Origin: Clostridia bacterium
GTDB lineage: Bacteria > Bacillota > Clostridia > Oscillospirales > SIG627
NCBI GenBank assembly: GCA_017517325.1
Contig: JAFWZW010000024.1
Location: 20,092 to 84,091 of the forward strand
DNA length: 64,000 nt
Direction of reading: 5' to 3'
A program made the translations under genes and the position numbers. How positions within the stretch are numbered: the first letter of the stretch is position 1; each line of letters starts with the position of its first letter. Of the stretch, positions 47,872 to 56,647 are shown piece by piece. Below the pieces are notes generated by a model, which did not search any database, was not told where the DNA came from, and worked only from the letters and a program-made list of their open reading frames with translations.

Positions 47872-48648
47872 ATGGTTTTTCAATATTATCCCGGTTGCAC
47901 CCTGAAGACCCGCGCCAAAGAGCTTGACCGCAAGGCAAGACTTTGCGCCGAAGCGCTGGGCGTTCAATTGGAAGAGATCAAAGATTGGCAATGCTGTGGC
48001 GGCTGTTACCCGGTTGCAAAGGACGAGATCGCCACCAAGCTTTCCGCCGTTCGCGCTATGATGGCTGCAAAGGATGCCGGCACCCCTGTGGTTACCGTTT
48101 GCTCTGCCTGCCACAACGTATTGAAGCGTACCAATCACGATATGCAGACGGATGAGGTGATCCGCGACCGTGTCAACCGCTACCTGAAGCCTGATGTACC
48201 CTACGCAGGGGAAGGCGAGGTTCTGCATTTTCTTGAAATGCTCCGTGACAAGGTCGGCTTTGATACCATCCGCGAAAAGGTAAAGAATCCCCTGACGGGC
48301 AGAAAGATCGGCGCTTACTACGGCTGTCTTCTGCTCCGTCCCGGCAAAGTAATGGCCTTTGACGATCCTGAAAACCCCTCTATTATGGAGGACTTCATTA
48401 CCGCTTTGGGTGCAGAGGCAGTCAGATACCCTTACCGCAACGAATGCTGCGGGGCATATCTTGCTCTGGAGGATCAGGCCATCACCAAAAAGAAAAGCTC
48501 CGCCGTACTGCACAGTGCTAAATGCGCCGGTGCACAGGAAGTGATCACCGCCTGCCCCCTTTGCCTTTATAACCTGCAGAAGTGCGGGGACGATCTCCCC
48601 GTGGTCTATTTCACCGAGCTTCTCTTTGAAGCCCTGGGTCTGGAATAA
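47872..48648 (+). CDS. hdrB: heterodisulfide reductase subunit B-like protein (two CCG domains)
   Basis: YYPGC...QCCG...CSAC and YYGC...ECCG...ACPLC. Confidence 0.9.
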   Translation: MVFQYYPGCTLKTRAKELDRKARLCAEALGVQLEEIKDWQCCGGCYPVAKDEIATKLSAVRAMMAAKDAGTPVVTVCSACHNVLKRTNHDMQTDEVIRDRVNRYLKPDVPYAGEGEVLHFLEMLRDKVGFDTIREKVKNPLTGRKIGAYYGCLLLRPGKVMAFDDPENPSIMEDFITALGAEAVRYPYRNECCGAYLALEDQAITKKKSSAVLHSAKCAGAQEVITACPLCLYNLQKCGDDLPVVYFTELLFEALGLE

Positions 48649-48660
48649 GGAGGCGTAGCC

Positions 48661-49047
48661 ATGGAACAGAAAAACCTGAAAGAAGAGATTCTCCGCATCA
48701 GCGGTGTTAACCCCAGAAAATGTATGAAATGCGGAAAATGCAGTGGTACTTGCCCCTCCTATGAAGAGATGGATTTTCACCCCCACCAGTTCGTTTATAT
48801 GGTGGAAAGCGGGGATATTGAGCCTTTGATGGCATCCGGATCCCTTTACCGCTGTCTTACCTGCTTTGCCTGCGTGGAGCGTTGCCCCCGTCAGGTAGAG
48901 CCGGCAAAGCTCATTGAAGCAGTACGTCTTACGGTAATCCGTCAGCAGGGACAAAATCATTTGAAGCCCGATCAGCTCCCCGGTATGCTGGATGAGGATA
49001 TGCCTCAGCAGGCGCTGGTCTCTGCAATGAGAAAATTCGCAAAATAG
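48661..49047 (+). CDS. hdrC: heterodisulfide reductase subunit C-like 2[4Fe-4S] protein
   Basis: CMKCGKCSGTCP and CLTCFACVERCP. Confidence 0.9.
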   Translation: MEQKNLKEEILRISGVNPRKCMKCGKCSGTCPSYEEMDFHPHQFVYMVESGDIEPLMASGSLYRCLTCFACVERCPRQVEPAKLIEAVRLTVIRQQGQNHLKPDQLPGMLDEDMPQQALVSAMRKFAK

Positions 49048-49056
49048 GAGGATACT

Positions 49057-51048
49057 ATGCAAAGAATCGGCGTTTTCGTTTGCTGGTGCGGTAGCAACAT
49101 TGCCGCAACCGTTGATGTAAAAGCCGTAGCCGAAGCTCTGGGAAAAGAGCCCGGCGTGGTTTATTTCGAAGATTATCAATATATGTGCTCCGAGGAAGGA
49201 CAGAACAAGATCAAAAACGCCATCCGTGATTACAAACTCACCGGCGCCGTGATCTGCTCCTGCTCTCCCCGTATGCACGAAAACACCTTCCGTAAGGCTG
49301 CCGCCGCAGCAGGCATCAACTCCTTTATGGTGGAGATCGCCAACATCCGCGAGCAATGCTCCTGGATCCACAAGGACAAGGTCAGCGCCACGGAAAAGGC
49401 TATTATTTTAGGCAGAGCCGCCATTGCAAAAGTACACCTGAATGCACCCCTGACCGCAGGTGAAAGCCCCGTAGTCAAGCGCGCACTGGTGATCGGCGGC
49501 GGTATTGCGGGCATTCAGACGGCTCTTGACATCGCCGATGCCGGCTTTGAAGTTGACATCGTGGAAAAGAAGCCTACCATCGGCGGCAAAATGAGCCAGA
49601 TCGACAAGACCTTCCCCACCCTGGACTGCGCCGCCTGCATTCTTACTCCCAAAATGGTTGACGTTGCCCAAAACGAAAAGATCCGCATTTTCTCCTACAG
49701 CGAAGTGGATGCGGTCAAAGGCTTCGTGGGGAATTTCAAGGTCTCCATTCGCCGCAAGGCAAGATTTGTAGATGAAGTAAAATGCACAGGCTGCGGTCTC
49801 TGTACCGAAAAATGCCCCCAGAAAAAGGTTCCCAATGAATTCAATTTAGGGCTGGATCAGAGAAGAGCCATTTACATCCCCTTTGCTCAGGCCGTTCCCA
49901 AGGTTGCAACCATTGACGCTGACTACTGCACCATGCTGAAGACCGGCAAGTGCGGCGTTTGCTCCAAGGTTTGTGCCGCAGGGGCCATCGACTACAAGCA
50001 AAAGGATACCTTTGTGGAGGAGGAATACGGCGCCATCGTAGTGGCAACGGGCTTTAACCCCATTGAACTGAAAAAATACGACGAGTTTGCCTATTCCCAA
50101 TCTCCCGACGTTATTACCTCTCTGGAATTTGAACGGATCACCAACGCCGCAGGCCCCACCGGTGGCACCCTGCTTCGTCCCTCCGACGGGACCCACCCAA
50201 AAAAGATCGTATTCGTACAGTGCGTGGGCAGCCGTGAAGACGGAGGCGGATGCGGTAAGACGTACTGCTCCAAGATCTGCTGTATGTACACCGCCAAGCA
50301 CGCTATGCTTACCAGAGAAAAATACCCCGATACAGAGGTTTACGTATTCTACATTGACGTTCGTACCCCCGGCAAGAGCTTTGATGAATTTTATCGCAGA
50401 GCGGTAGAGGAATACGGCGTTCACTACGTTAAGGGTATGGTTGGTAAGGTTTCTCCCGAAAACGGAAAACTGATGGTGCGCGCTTCCGATCTCATCGAAG
50501 GCAAGCAGTTGAACATTGACGCAGATCTGGTGGTACTTGCTGCAGCCATTGAGCCGGATCAGTCCGCAAGACCTCTTGCTACGATGCTCACCGCTTCGAT
50601 GGATACCAACGATTTCTTTACGGAAGCACACCCCAAGCTTCGCCCTGTGGAAAGCCCCACCGCCGGCATTTTCCTTTCCGGCTGTTGTCAGGGCCCCAAG
50701 GATATCCCCGAAACGGTTGCACAGGCTTCCGCTTGCGCCGCCAAGGTCATCGGCCTTTTGGCAAAGGACAAGCTCACCTGTAACGCCTGCGTGGCTCATT
50801 CTTCTGAAATGCTCTGTAACGGATGCTCCACCTGCGAAAAAGTTTGCCCCTACGGTGCCATCAGCTACGAGGAAAAGGAATTCAGAATGCCCGATCGCAC
50901 CACAAGAGTTCGCCGTGTTGCCAGCGTTAACCCTGCCGTTTGCCAGGGCTGTGGCGCTTGTACCGTTGCCTGCCCCAGCGGCGCAATGGATCTTCACGGC
51001 TTCTCCAACAGACAAATCATGGCGGAGGTAGATGCAATATGCAAATAG
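49057..51048 (+). CDS. hdrA: heterodisulfide reductase subunit A (bifurcating flavoprotein)
   Basis: RIGVFVCWCG, CSCSPRMHE, NIREQCSW, GGGIAG, KTFPTLDCAAC, SLEFER, YCSKICCMYTAK, GPKDIP, two ferredoxin domains. Confidence 0.95.
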   Translation: MQRIGVFVCWCGSNIAATVDVKAVAEALGKEPGVVYFEDYQYMCSEEGQNKIKNAIRDYKLTGAVICSCSPRMHENTFRKAAAAAGINSFMVEIANIREQCSWIHKDKVSATEKAIILGRAAIAKVHLNAPLTAGESPVVKRALVIGGGIAGIQTALDIADAGFEVDIVEKKPTIGGKMSQIDKTFPTLDCAACILTPKMVDVAQNEKIRIFSYSEVDAVKGFVGNFKVSIRRKARFVDEVKCTGCGLCTEKCPQKKVPNEFNLGLDQRRAIYIPFAQAVPKVATIDADYCTMLKTGKCGVCSKVCAAGAIDYKQKDTFVEEEYGAIVVATGFNPIELKKYDEFAYSQSPDVITSLEFERITNAAGPTGGTLLRPSDGTHPKKIVFVQCVGSREDGGGCGKTYCSKICCMYTAKHAMLTREKYPDTEVYVFYIDVRTPGKSFDEFYRRAVEEYGVHYVKGMVGKVSPENGKLMVRASDLIEGKQLNIDADLVVLAAAIEPDQSARPLATMLTASMDTNDFFTEAHPKLRPVESPTAGIFLSGCCQGPKDIPETVAQASACAAKVIGLLAKDKLTCNACVAHSSEMLCNGCSTCEKVCPYGAISYEEKEFRMPDRTTRVRRVASVNPAVCQGCGACTVACPSGAMDLHGFSNRQIMAEVDAICK

Positions 51049-51476
51049 AAGAAAAGTTTGAGCCGACCATCGTAGCTTTCTGCTGCAACTGGTGCTCTTA
51101 TGCAGGCGCTGACCTTTCCGGTACCAACCGTCTCCAGTATCCTGCCAACGTAAAGATCATCCGTGTTCCCTGCTCCTGCAGAGTGAATCCTATGTTTATT
51201 CTTCGCGCATTTCAGCGCGGAGCTGACGGTGTTATCCTTTGCGGTTGCCACCCCGGTGACTGCCATTACACCACCGGCAACTACTATGCACGCCGCCGTA
51301 TGACCCTGCTCTTTTCTATGCTGGATTTTCTGGGCATTGAAAGAGAGCGCACCCGCGTTGAATGGGTCAGCGCCGCAGAAGGTGCCAAGTTTGCTGCCAC
51401 TATGAACGATTTCGTCGCCACCGTTACCCGTTTGGGTAAAAACCGGAGATTGGAGGATCTGAGATGCAAAAAGTAA
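51039..51476 (+). CDS. flxD: MvhD/FlxD [2Fe-2S] subunit
   Basis: AFCCNWCSYAGAD, RVPCSCR, GCHPGDCHY, WVSAAEG; GGAGG RBS inside the end of hdrA. Confidence 0.9.
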   Translation: MQIEEKFEPTIVAFCCNWCSYAGADLSGTNRLQYPANVKIIRVPCSCRVNPMFILRAFQRGADGVILCGCHPGDCHYTTGNYYARRRMTLLFSMLDFLGIERERTRVEWVSAAEGAKFAATMNDFVATVTRLGKNRRLEDLRCKK

Positions 51477-52432
51477 TTCGTGAAAAAGCCATCGAGCTCC
51501 TGAGATCCGGCAAGGTCGACCGTGTATTGGGCTGGAAAGAGGGCGAATTTTTCTACGATCAGACGCCCCATCTGTTCCTCTCCCCCGAGGAAGTGGAACG
51601 CACGTTCGTTTATAACGGTTTTTCAGGTGCCAACCTTTCCAAGTATCTGGTAAAGGAGGGCTTGAAAGAGGGCGTCGTTGCCGTATTCCTGAAGCCCTGT
51701 GATACTTATTCCTTCAGCCAGCTCTTGAAGGAGCACCGCATTGCAAGAGATAAGATTTGGGCAGTGGGCATCCCCTGCGAAGGAAAGCTGGATATCGAGC
51801 TCCTCCGCAAAATGGGGATCCGCGGCATTAAGACCATTGAGGAAAAAGGAGACGAGCTTCTCGTTTCTACCATTTACGGTGAAAAGACCGTAGCGAAGAA
51901 GGACGTACTGGCAGAACGCTGTGCCAACTGCAAGAGCCGCAAGCACGTTCTTTACGACGAGCTTTTGGGTGAAGAGGGAGAGGTTTTAGATTCCGCCCGC
52001 TTCGATCAGATCGAAAAGCTGGAGCAAATGACCAGCGAGGAGAGATTTGCTTTCTGGCAGAACGAGCTTTCCCGCTGTATCCGCTGTAACGCCTGCAGAA
52101 ACGTATGTCCCGCCTGCACCTGCGAAAAATGTGTATTTGACAATGCAGATTCAGGCATTGCCTCCAAGGCACCCGCATCCTCCTTTGAGGAGCAGAATTT
52201 CCACATCATCCGCGCCTTCCACGTGGTTGGAAGATGCACCGACTGCGGCGAATGCTCCCGCGTTTGCCCTCAGGGGATCCCGCTCCATCTGATCAACCGA
52301 AAGTTCATCAAGGATATCAACGCCTTTTACGGTGCTTATCAGGCTGGGGAAAACCCAGACGAAAGAGCGCCTTTGACCAATTACAGCACCGAGGACATGG
52401 AGCCCGGTGATGTATTCAAGAAGGGAGAGTAA
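51464..52432 (+). CDS. flxC: FlxC-like Fe-S subunit
   Basis: KPCD, CANC, CIRCNACRNVCPACTC, RAFHVVGRCTDCGECSRVCP; position after flxD. Confidence 0.8.
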   Translation: MQKVIREKAIELLRSGKVDRVLGWKEGEFFYDQTPHLFLSPEEVERTFVYNGFSGANLSKYLVKEGLKEGVVAVFLKPCDTYSFSQLLKEHRIARDKIWAVGIPCEGKLDIELLRKMGIRGIKTIEEKGDELLVSTIYGEKTVAKKDVLAERCANCKSRKHVLYDELLGEEGEVLDSARFDQIEKLEQMTSEERFAFWQNELSRCIRCNACRNVCPACTCEKCVFDNADSGIASKAPASSFEEQNFHIIRAFHVVGRCTDCGECSRVCPQGIPLHLINRKFIKDINAFYGAYQAGENPDERAPLTNYSTEDMEPGDVFKKGE

Positions 52433-52436
52433 GAAA

Positions 52437-53456
52437 ATGAAAAGCATTTCGTTATCAAATCTCCCCGAGCTTCTTTCCGCCATTGCAGCAAAGGAAGCGC
52501 TTTACCTCCCTGTTGACACCAAGGAAGGGGCCGAATATAAGGCCTATGCCGAGGGAGACAGCCTTTCCCTTGCCTGCAACACCAACCGCTCCGCCAAGGA
52601 TTTCTTCTTCCCTCAGGTGGAGGATATGGCGGCCTTCAAGGTGGAAGGCAAAAAGATCGAGATCATTGACGTTCGCAAGGAAACCGAGGATTTCGTGATC
52701 TTTGGTGCCAGAGCCTGCGACGTAAAGAGCTTTGAGGTCCTGGATCGGGTATTCCTTGCGGACCCCGTTGATACCTTCTATAAAAATCGCAGAGAGCATA
52801 GCACCGTGGTTGCCCTTGCTTGCTCTGCACCGGAAGAGACCTGCTTCTGTTCCTCCTTTGGGATCGACGCAGCTGAGCCTCAGGGTGATGTAAGCGCCTG
52901 GATCGCAGAAGGCAGAATGTTCTTCAAACCCAACACCCAAAAGGGTGAAACACTCCTTTCCGCCCTTTCCGCGCTTTTGGAAGAAAGCGACGGGGCAGCC
53001 GTGGAAAAAGCAAAGGAAGAGACCCGCACGATTATGGGTCAGCTTCCCCTGCAAAACCTGCCCACGGAGCATTTTAAGCCCGAAAAGCTGATGGAGCACT
53101 TCAACGACCCCAAATGGAAGGAGCTTTCTCAGGCCTGCATTGGTTGCGGTACCTGCACCTTCGTTTGCCCCACCTGTCAGTGCTTCGACATTCGTGATTT
53201 CGACACCGGAAACGGGATCCAGCGTTACCGCTGCTGGGATTCCTGTATGTATTCCGACTTTACGCAAATGGCGGCCGATCAGCCCAGACACACGCAGTTG
53301 GAGCGCTTCCGCCAGAGATTTATGCACAAGCTTGTGTACTACCCTGCCAACAACGAAGGGCTCTTCGGCTGTGTAGGCTGTGGCAGATGCCTTGCAAAGT
53401 GCCCCATTTCCATGAACATTGCAAAGGTTATGAAAGCATTGGGAGGTGACAAATAG
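52437..53456 (+). CDS. flxB: FlxB/AsrA-like Fe-S subunit
   Basis: GARACD, TCFC, CIGCGTCTFVCPTCQC, RCWDSC, RFRQRFMHK, CVGCGRCLAKCP. Confidence 0.85.
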   Translation: MKSISLSNLPELLSAIAAKEALYLPVDTKEGAEYKAYAEGDSLSLACNTNRSAKDFFFPQVEDMAAFKVEGKKIEIIDVRKETEDFVIFGARACDVKSFEVLDRVFLADPVDTFYKNRREHSTVVALACSAPEETCFCSSFGIDAAEPQGDVSAWIAEGRMFFKPNTQKGETLLSALSALLEESDGAAVEKAKEETRTIMGQLPLQNLPTEHFKPEKLMEHFNDPKWKELSQACIGCGTCTFVCPTCQCFDIRDFDTGNGIQRYRCWDSCMYSDFTQMAADQPRHTQLERFRQRFMHKLVYYPANNEGLFGCVGCGRCLAKCPISMNIAKVMKALGGDK

Positions 53457-54283
53457 TGGAAAAAGAAGCTTTGATTCCCGAGATCGGTATCGTTACCGAC
53501 ATTCGCATCGACACCCCTGACGTTCGCACCTTCCGCGTGGTTACACCCGACGGTAAAAAGCCCTTCGTACACATTCCCGGTCAGTGCGCTATGCTTTCCA
53601 TTCCCGGCGTAGGTGAGGCGCTGTTTTCCATTACCTCCTCCCCCACCAACACCGAATTTATGGAGTTTTCCATTAAGAAGTGCGGCTGTGTTACCAGCTT
53701 TCTTCACTCCATTGAGCCCGGCCAGTACGTAACCATCCGCGGCCCTTACGGCAACGGATTCCCGGTGGAGAGCGCCTTTAAAGGCAAGGACATGCTCTTC
53801 GTGGCAGGCGGTATCGGCCTCGCGCCCTTGCGCTCCGTTATCAATTACTGCCGCCATTACCGCGAAAACTACGGCAAGATCGACATCGTTTACGGCTCCC
53901 GCTCTATGCAGGATCTGGTGGATTACAACGAGATCGTGGAGGAATGGTGCAAAGAGGACGGGATCAGCGTTCATCTGACCATTGACCGCGAACAACCCGA
54001 ATGGGACGGCCACGTAGGCTTCGTGCCCAATTTCGTAAAGGAATTGCAGTTCGACACCAACAAGACCGCTGTTCTCTGCGGCCCGCCCATTATGATCAAA
54101 TTCACCCTTGCAGGACTTCAGGAAATGGGCTTCAAGAAGGACCAGATCTACACCACCCTTGAGATGCGTATGAAATGCGGCATCGGTAAATGCGGCAGAT
54201 GCAACTTAGGTGACAAGTTTATTTGCAAAGACGGACCGGTCTTCCGCTTCGATCAGCTGGAAGAGCTTCCGGATGAATATTGA
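53456..54283 (+). CDS. flxA: FlxA/AsrB-like FAD/NAD(H)-binding subunit with [2Fe-2S]
   Basis: RGPYGNGF, AGGIGLAP, CGPPIM, MKCGIGKCGRC...CKDGPVF. Confidence 0.88.
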   Translation: MEKEALIPEIGIVTDIRIDTPDVRTFRVVTPDGKKPFVHIPGQCAMLSIPGVGEALFSITSSPTNTEFMEFSIKKCGCVTSFLHSIEPGQYVTIRGPYGNGFPVESAFKGKDMLFVAGGIGLAPLRSVINYCRHYRENYGKIDIVYGSRSMQDLVDYNEIVEEWCKEDGISVHLTIDREQPEWDGHVGFVPNFVKELQFDTNKTAVLCGPPIMIKFTLAGLQEMGFKKDQIYTTLEMRMKCGIGKCGRCNLGDKFICKDGPVFRFDQLEELPDEY

Positions 54284-54308
54284 TTCTTCGGTGAAAGGAT
54301 AAAGTACA

Positions 54309-54983
54309 ATGGAACAAACCGTTAATATTTTTCTGTACGGCAAAAAATACGCCGTACCCTCCAATCTTACCATTATGGCCGCAATGGAATATGCCGGCTA
54401 TCAGCTCACCCGCGGTTGCGGATGCCGCAACGGCTTCTGCGGTGCCTGCGCTACCATCTACCGCATCAAGGGTGACACCGAACTGAAGGTCTGCCTCGCC
54501 TGCCAGACCAAGGTGGAAGAGAATATGTACATCGCAACCCTTCCCTTCTTCCCGCTGGTAAAGCAGGTTTACGACATTCAGAAGATCGGTCCTACCGAAC
54601 AGATCATGATGCAGCTTTACCCCGAGATCTACAGCTGTATCGGCTGCAACGCCTGCACCAAGGCTTGCACCCAGAGCCTGAACGTTATGCAGTACATTGC
54701 ATACGCACAGAGAGGCGAATATGAAAAGTGCGCGGAAGAGAGTTTTGACTGCGTTATGTGCGGTGTTTGCTCCTCCCGTTGCCCCGCAGGCATCAGTCAT
54801 CCGCAGGTGGCAATGCTGGCAAGAAGACTCAACGGAAAATACCTGGCTCCCGAATGCGGCCACTTAAAGGACCGCGTGAAAGAGATCAACGACGGTACCT
54901 TCCAGGAGCTGATGGAAGCTTTGATGCAAAAGCCTCTGACAGAGCTGAAGGAACTGTACAACAACCGCGAGATCGAGAAATAA
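54309..54983 (+). CDS. fumarate reductase/succinate dehydrogenase Fe-S subunit (FrdB/TfrB-like)
   Basis: CRNGFCGAC...CLAC [2Fe-2S]; CIGCNACTKAC and CVMCGVCSSRCP. Confidence 0.85.
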   Translation: MEQTVNIFLYGKKYAVPSNLTIMAAMEYAGYQLTRGCGCRNGFCGACATIYRIKGDTELKVCLACQTKVEENMYIATLPFFPLVKQVYDIQKIGPTEQIMMQLYPEIYSCIGCNACTKACTQSLNVMQYIAYAQRGEYEKCAEESFDCVMCGVCSSRCPAGISHPQVAMLARRLNGKYLAPECGHLKDRVKEINDGTFQELMEALMQKPLTELKELYNNREIEK

Positions 54984-54995
54984 GGGGGGATCACG

Positions 54996-56591
54996 ATGTA
55001 TAACGAAAAAATGCGCGAATCCATGGCAAAGGTGGAAGCAAACCGCGAAGCCAACGCAAAAATGGATCCCAGAAGAATGACCGCCGAGGAGAAGGAAACG
55101 CTGCTTGCAACCTTCCACCCCGACTATATTGAAAACCAATTTACCACCCTGACTGTAGGCCCCAACAAGGGCGAAAAGGTTCCCCTTGAGCTTTGCGCTT
55201 TGCTGGAAGCCAATTCCAGAGTAAAGGGATTGCAGATCGATCTGGAAAACCCTACCTACGACGTTGACGTTCTCATCATCGGTGGCGGCGGTGCCGGATC
55301 CAGCGCGGCCATCGAAGCCCACGAAAAGGGCGCAAACGTTATGATCGTTACCAAGCTTCGTATTGGTGACGCCAATACGATGATGGCTGAGGGCGGTATT
55401 CAGGCGGCTGACAAGCCCAATGACTCCCCTGCGATCCACTATATCGACGCTTTAGGCGGCGGTCACTTTGCCAACAAGCCTGAGCTTCTTTACCGCCTTG
55501 TAACCGAAGCACCCGATGCCATTGCCTGGCTGAACGATTTAGGCGTTGAATTTGACAAAATGCCCGACGGTACTATGGTCACCACCCACGGTGGCGGTAC
55601 CAGCCGCAAGAGAATGCACGCCGCAAAAGACTATTCCGGTGCCGAGATCATGCGTACCCTGCGTGATGAGGTATTAAACCGCGATATTCCCGTTGTGGAT
55701 TTCACCAGTGCCATTGAGCTGATTCTGGACGACAAGGGCAATGCCGCAGGCGCCGTTCTTATGAATATGGAAACCGGCGAAATTATGGTGGCACGTGCCA
55801 AAACCGTGATCATTGCCACCGGCGGTTGCGGAAGACTGCACTATCAGGGCTTTCCCACCTCCAACCACTACGGTGCCACCGCAGACGGTTTGGTTCTGGG
55901 CTACCGCGCCGGGGCCAAGCTTCTCTATCAGGACACCCTGCAGTATCACCCCACCGGTGCCGCTTACCCCGAACAGATCTTCGGCGCGCTGGTTACCGAA
56001 AAGGTACGCTCTCTGGGTGCTATGCTCATCAACGTTGACGGCGTTCCCTTTATGAATCCTCTGGAGACCCGTGACGTTTCCGCCGCTTCCATCATTCGCG
56101 AATGCAAGGAGCGGGGCAAGGGCGTTGAGACTCCCGAGGGCTACGGCATCTGGCTCGACACGCCTATGATCGAGCTGAAGGGCGGCGAGGGCACCATCGA
56201 AAAGAGAATCCCCGCCATGATGAGAATGTTCGGCAAATACGGTATTGACATCCGCAAAGAGCCCATCCTCATTTACCCCACCCTGCACTATCAGAATGGC
56301 GGTCTTGAGATCAAGGCTGACAACGAGACCTGCATTCCCGGTCTTTACGTTGCAGGGGAAGCCGTTGGCGGTATTCACGGCAGAAACCGCCTGATGGGCA
56401 ACTCCCTTTTGGATATCATCGTATTCGGCAGAAGCGCCGGTAAGAACGCCGCCGACAAGGCAAAGGACGTTGTACTGGGCAAGCTGACTCTGGATCACGT
56501 CGAAAAATTCGCCAAGGAAATGGAAGATGCCGGCATCAAAACCGACGTTGTTTCCCCAAAACTCCTTCCCGATTACACCAGAAAGGTTTAA
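54996..56591 (+). CDS. fumarate reductase flavoprotein subunit (FrdA/TfrA-like)
   Basis: GGGGAG, AEGG, ATGG, QYHPT, TEKVR, TRDV, HYQNGG, HGRNRLMGNSL. Confidence 0.9.
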   Translation: MYNEKMRESMAKVEANREANAKMDPRRMTAEEKETLLATFHPDYIENQFTTLTVGPNKGEKVPLELCALLEANSRVKGLQIDLENPTYDVDVLIIGGGGAGSSAAIEAHEKGANVMIVTKLRIGDANTMMAEGGIQAADKPNDSPAIHYIDALGGGHFANKPELLYRLVTEAPDAIAWLNDLGVEFDKMPDGTMVTTHGGGTSRKRMHAAKDYSGAEIMRTLRDEVLNRDIPVVDFTSAIELILDDKGNAAGAVLMNMETGEIMVARAKTVIIATGGCGRLHYQGFPTSNHYGATADGLVLGYRAGAKLLYQDTLQYHPTGAAYPEQIFGALVTEKVRSLGAMLINVDGVPFMNPLETRDVSAASIIRECKERGKGVETPEGYGIWLDTPMIELKGGEGTIEKRIPAMMRMFGKYGIDIRKEPILIYPTLHYQNGGLEIKADNETCIPGLYVAGEAVGGIHGRNRLMGNSLLDIIVFGRSAGKNAADKAKDVVLGKLTLDHVEKFAKEMEDAGIKTDVVSPKLLPDYTRKV

Positions 56592-56597
56592 TTCGTA

Positions 56598-56634
56598 TAA
56601 AAAAAGAAGATCACGAACGTGATCTTCTTTTTTT
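56598..56634. terminator. bidirectional terminator ending the redox operon
   Basis: AAAAAAAGAAGATCACG-aa-CGTGATCTTCTTTTTTT. Confidence 0.85.
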
Positions 56635-56647
56635 GTTTGCTTATCTT

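Noticed and set aside
52437-54283. Anaerobic sulfite reductase asrAB, or sulfhydrogenase beta/gamma subunits
   Set aside because: No asrC or NiFe hydrogenase subunit; the position after hdrA-mvhD fits FlxB/FlxA
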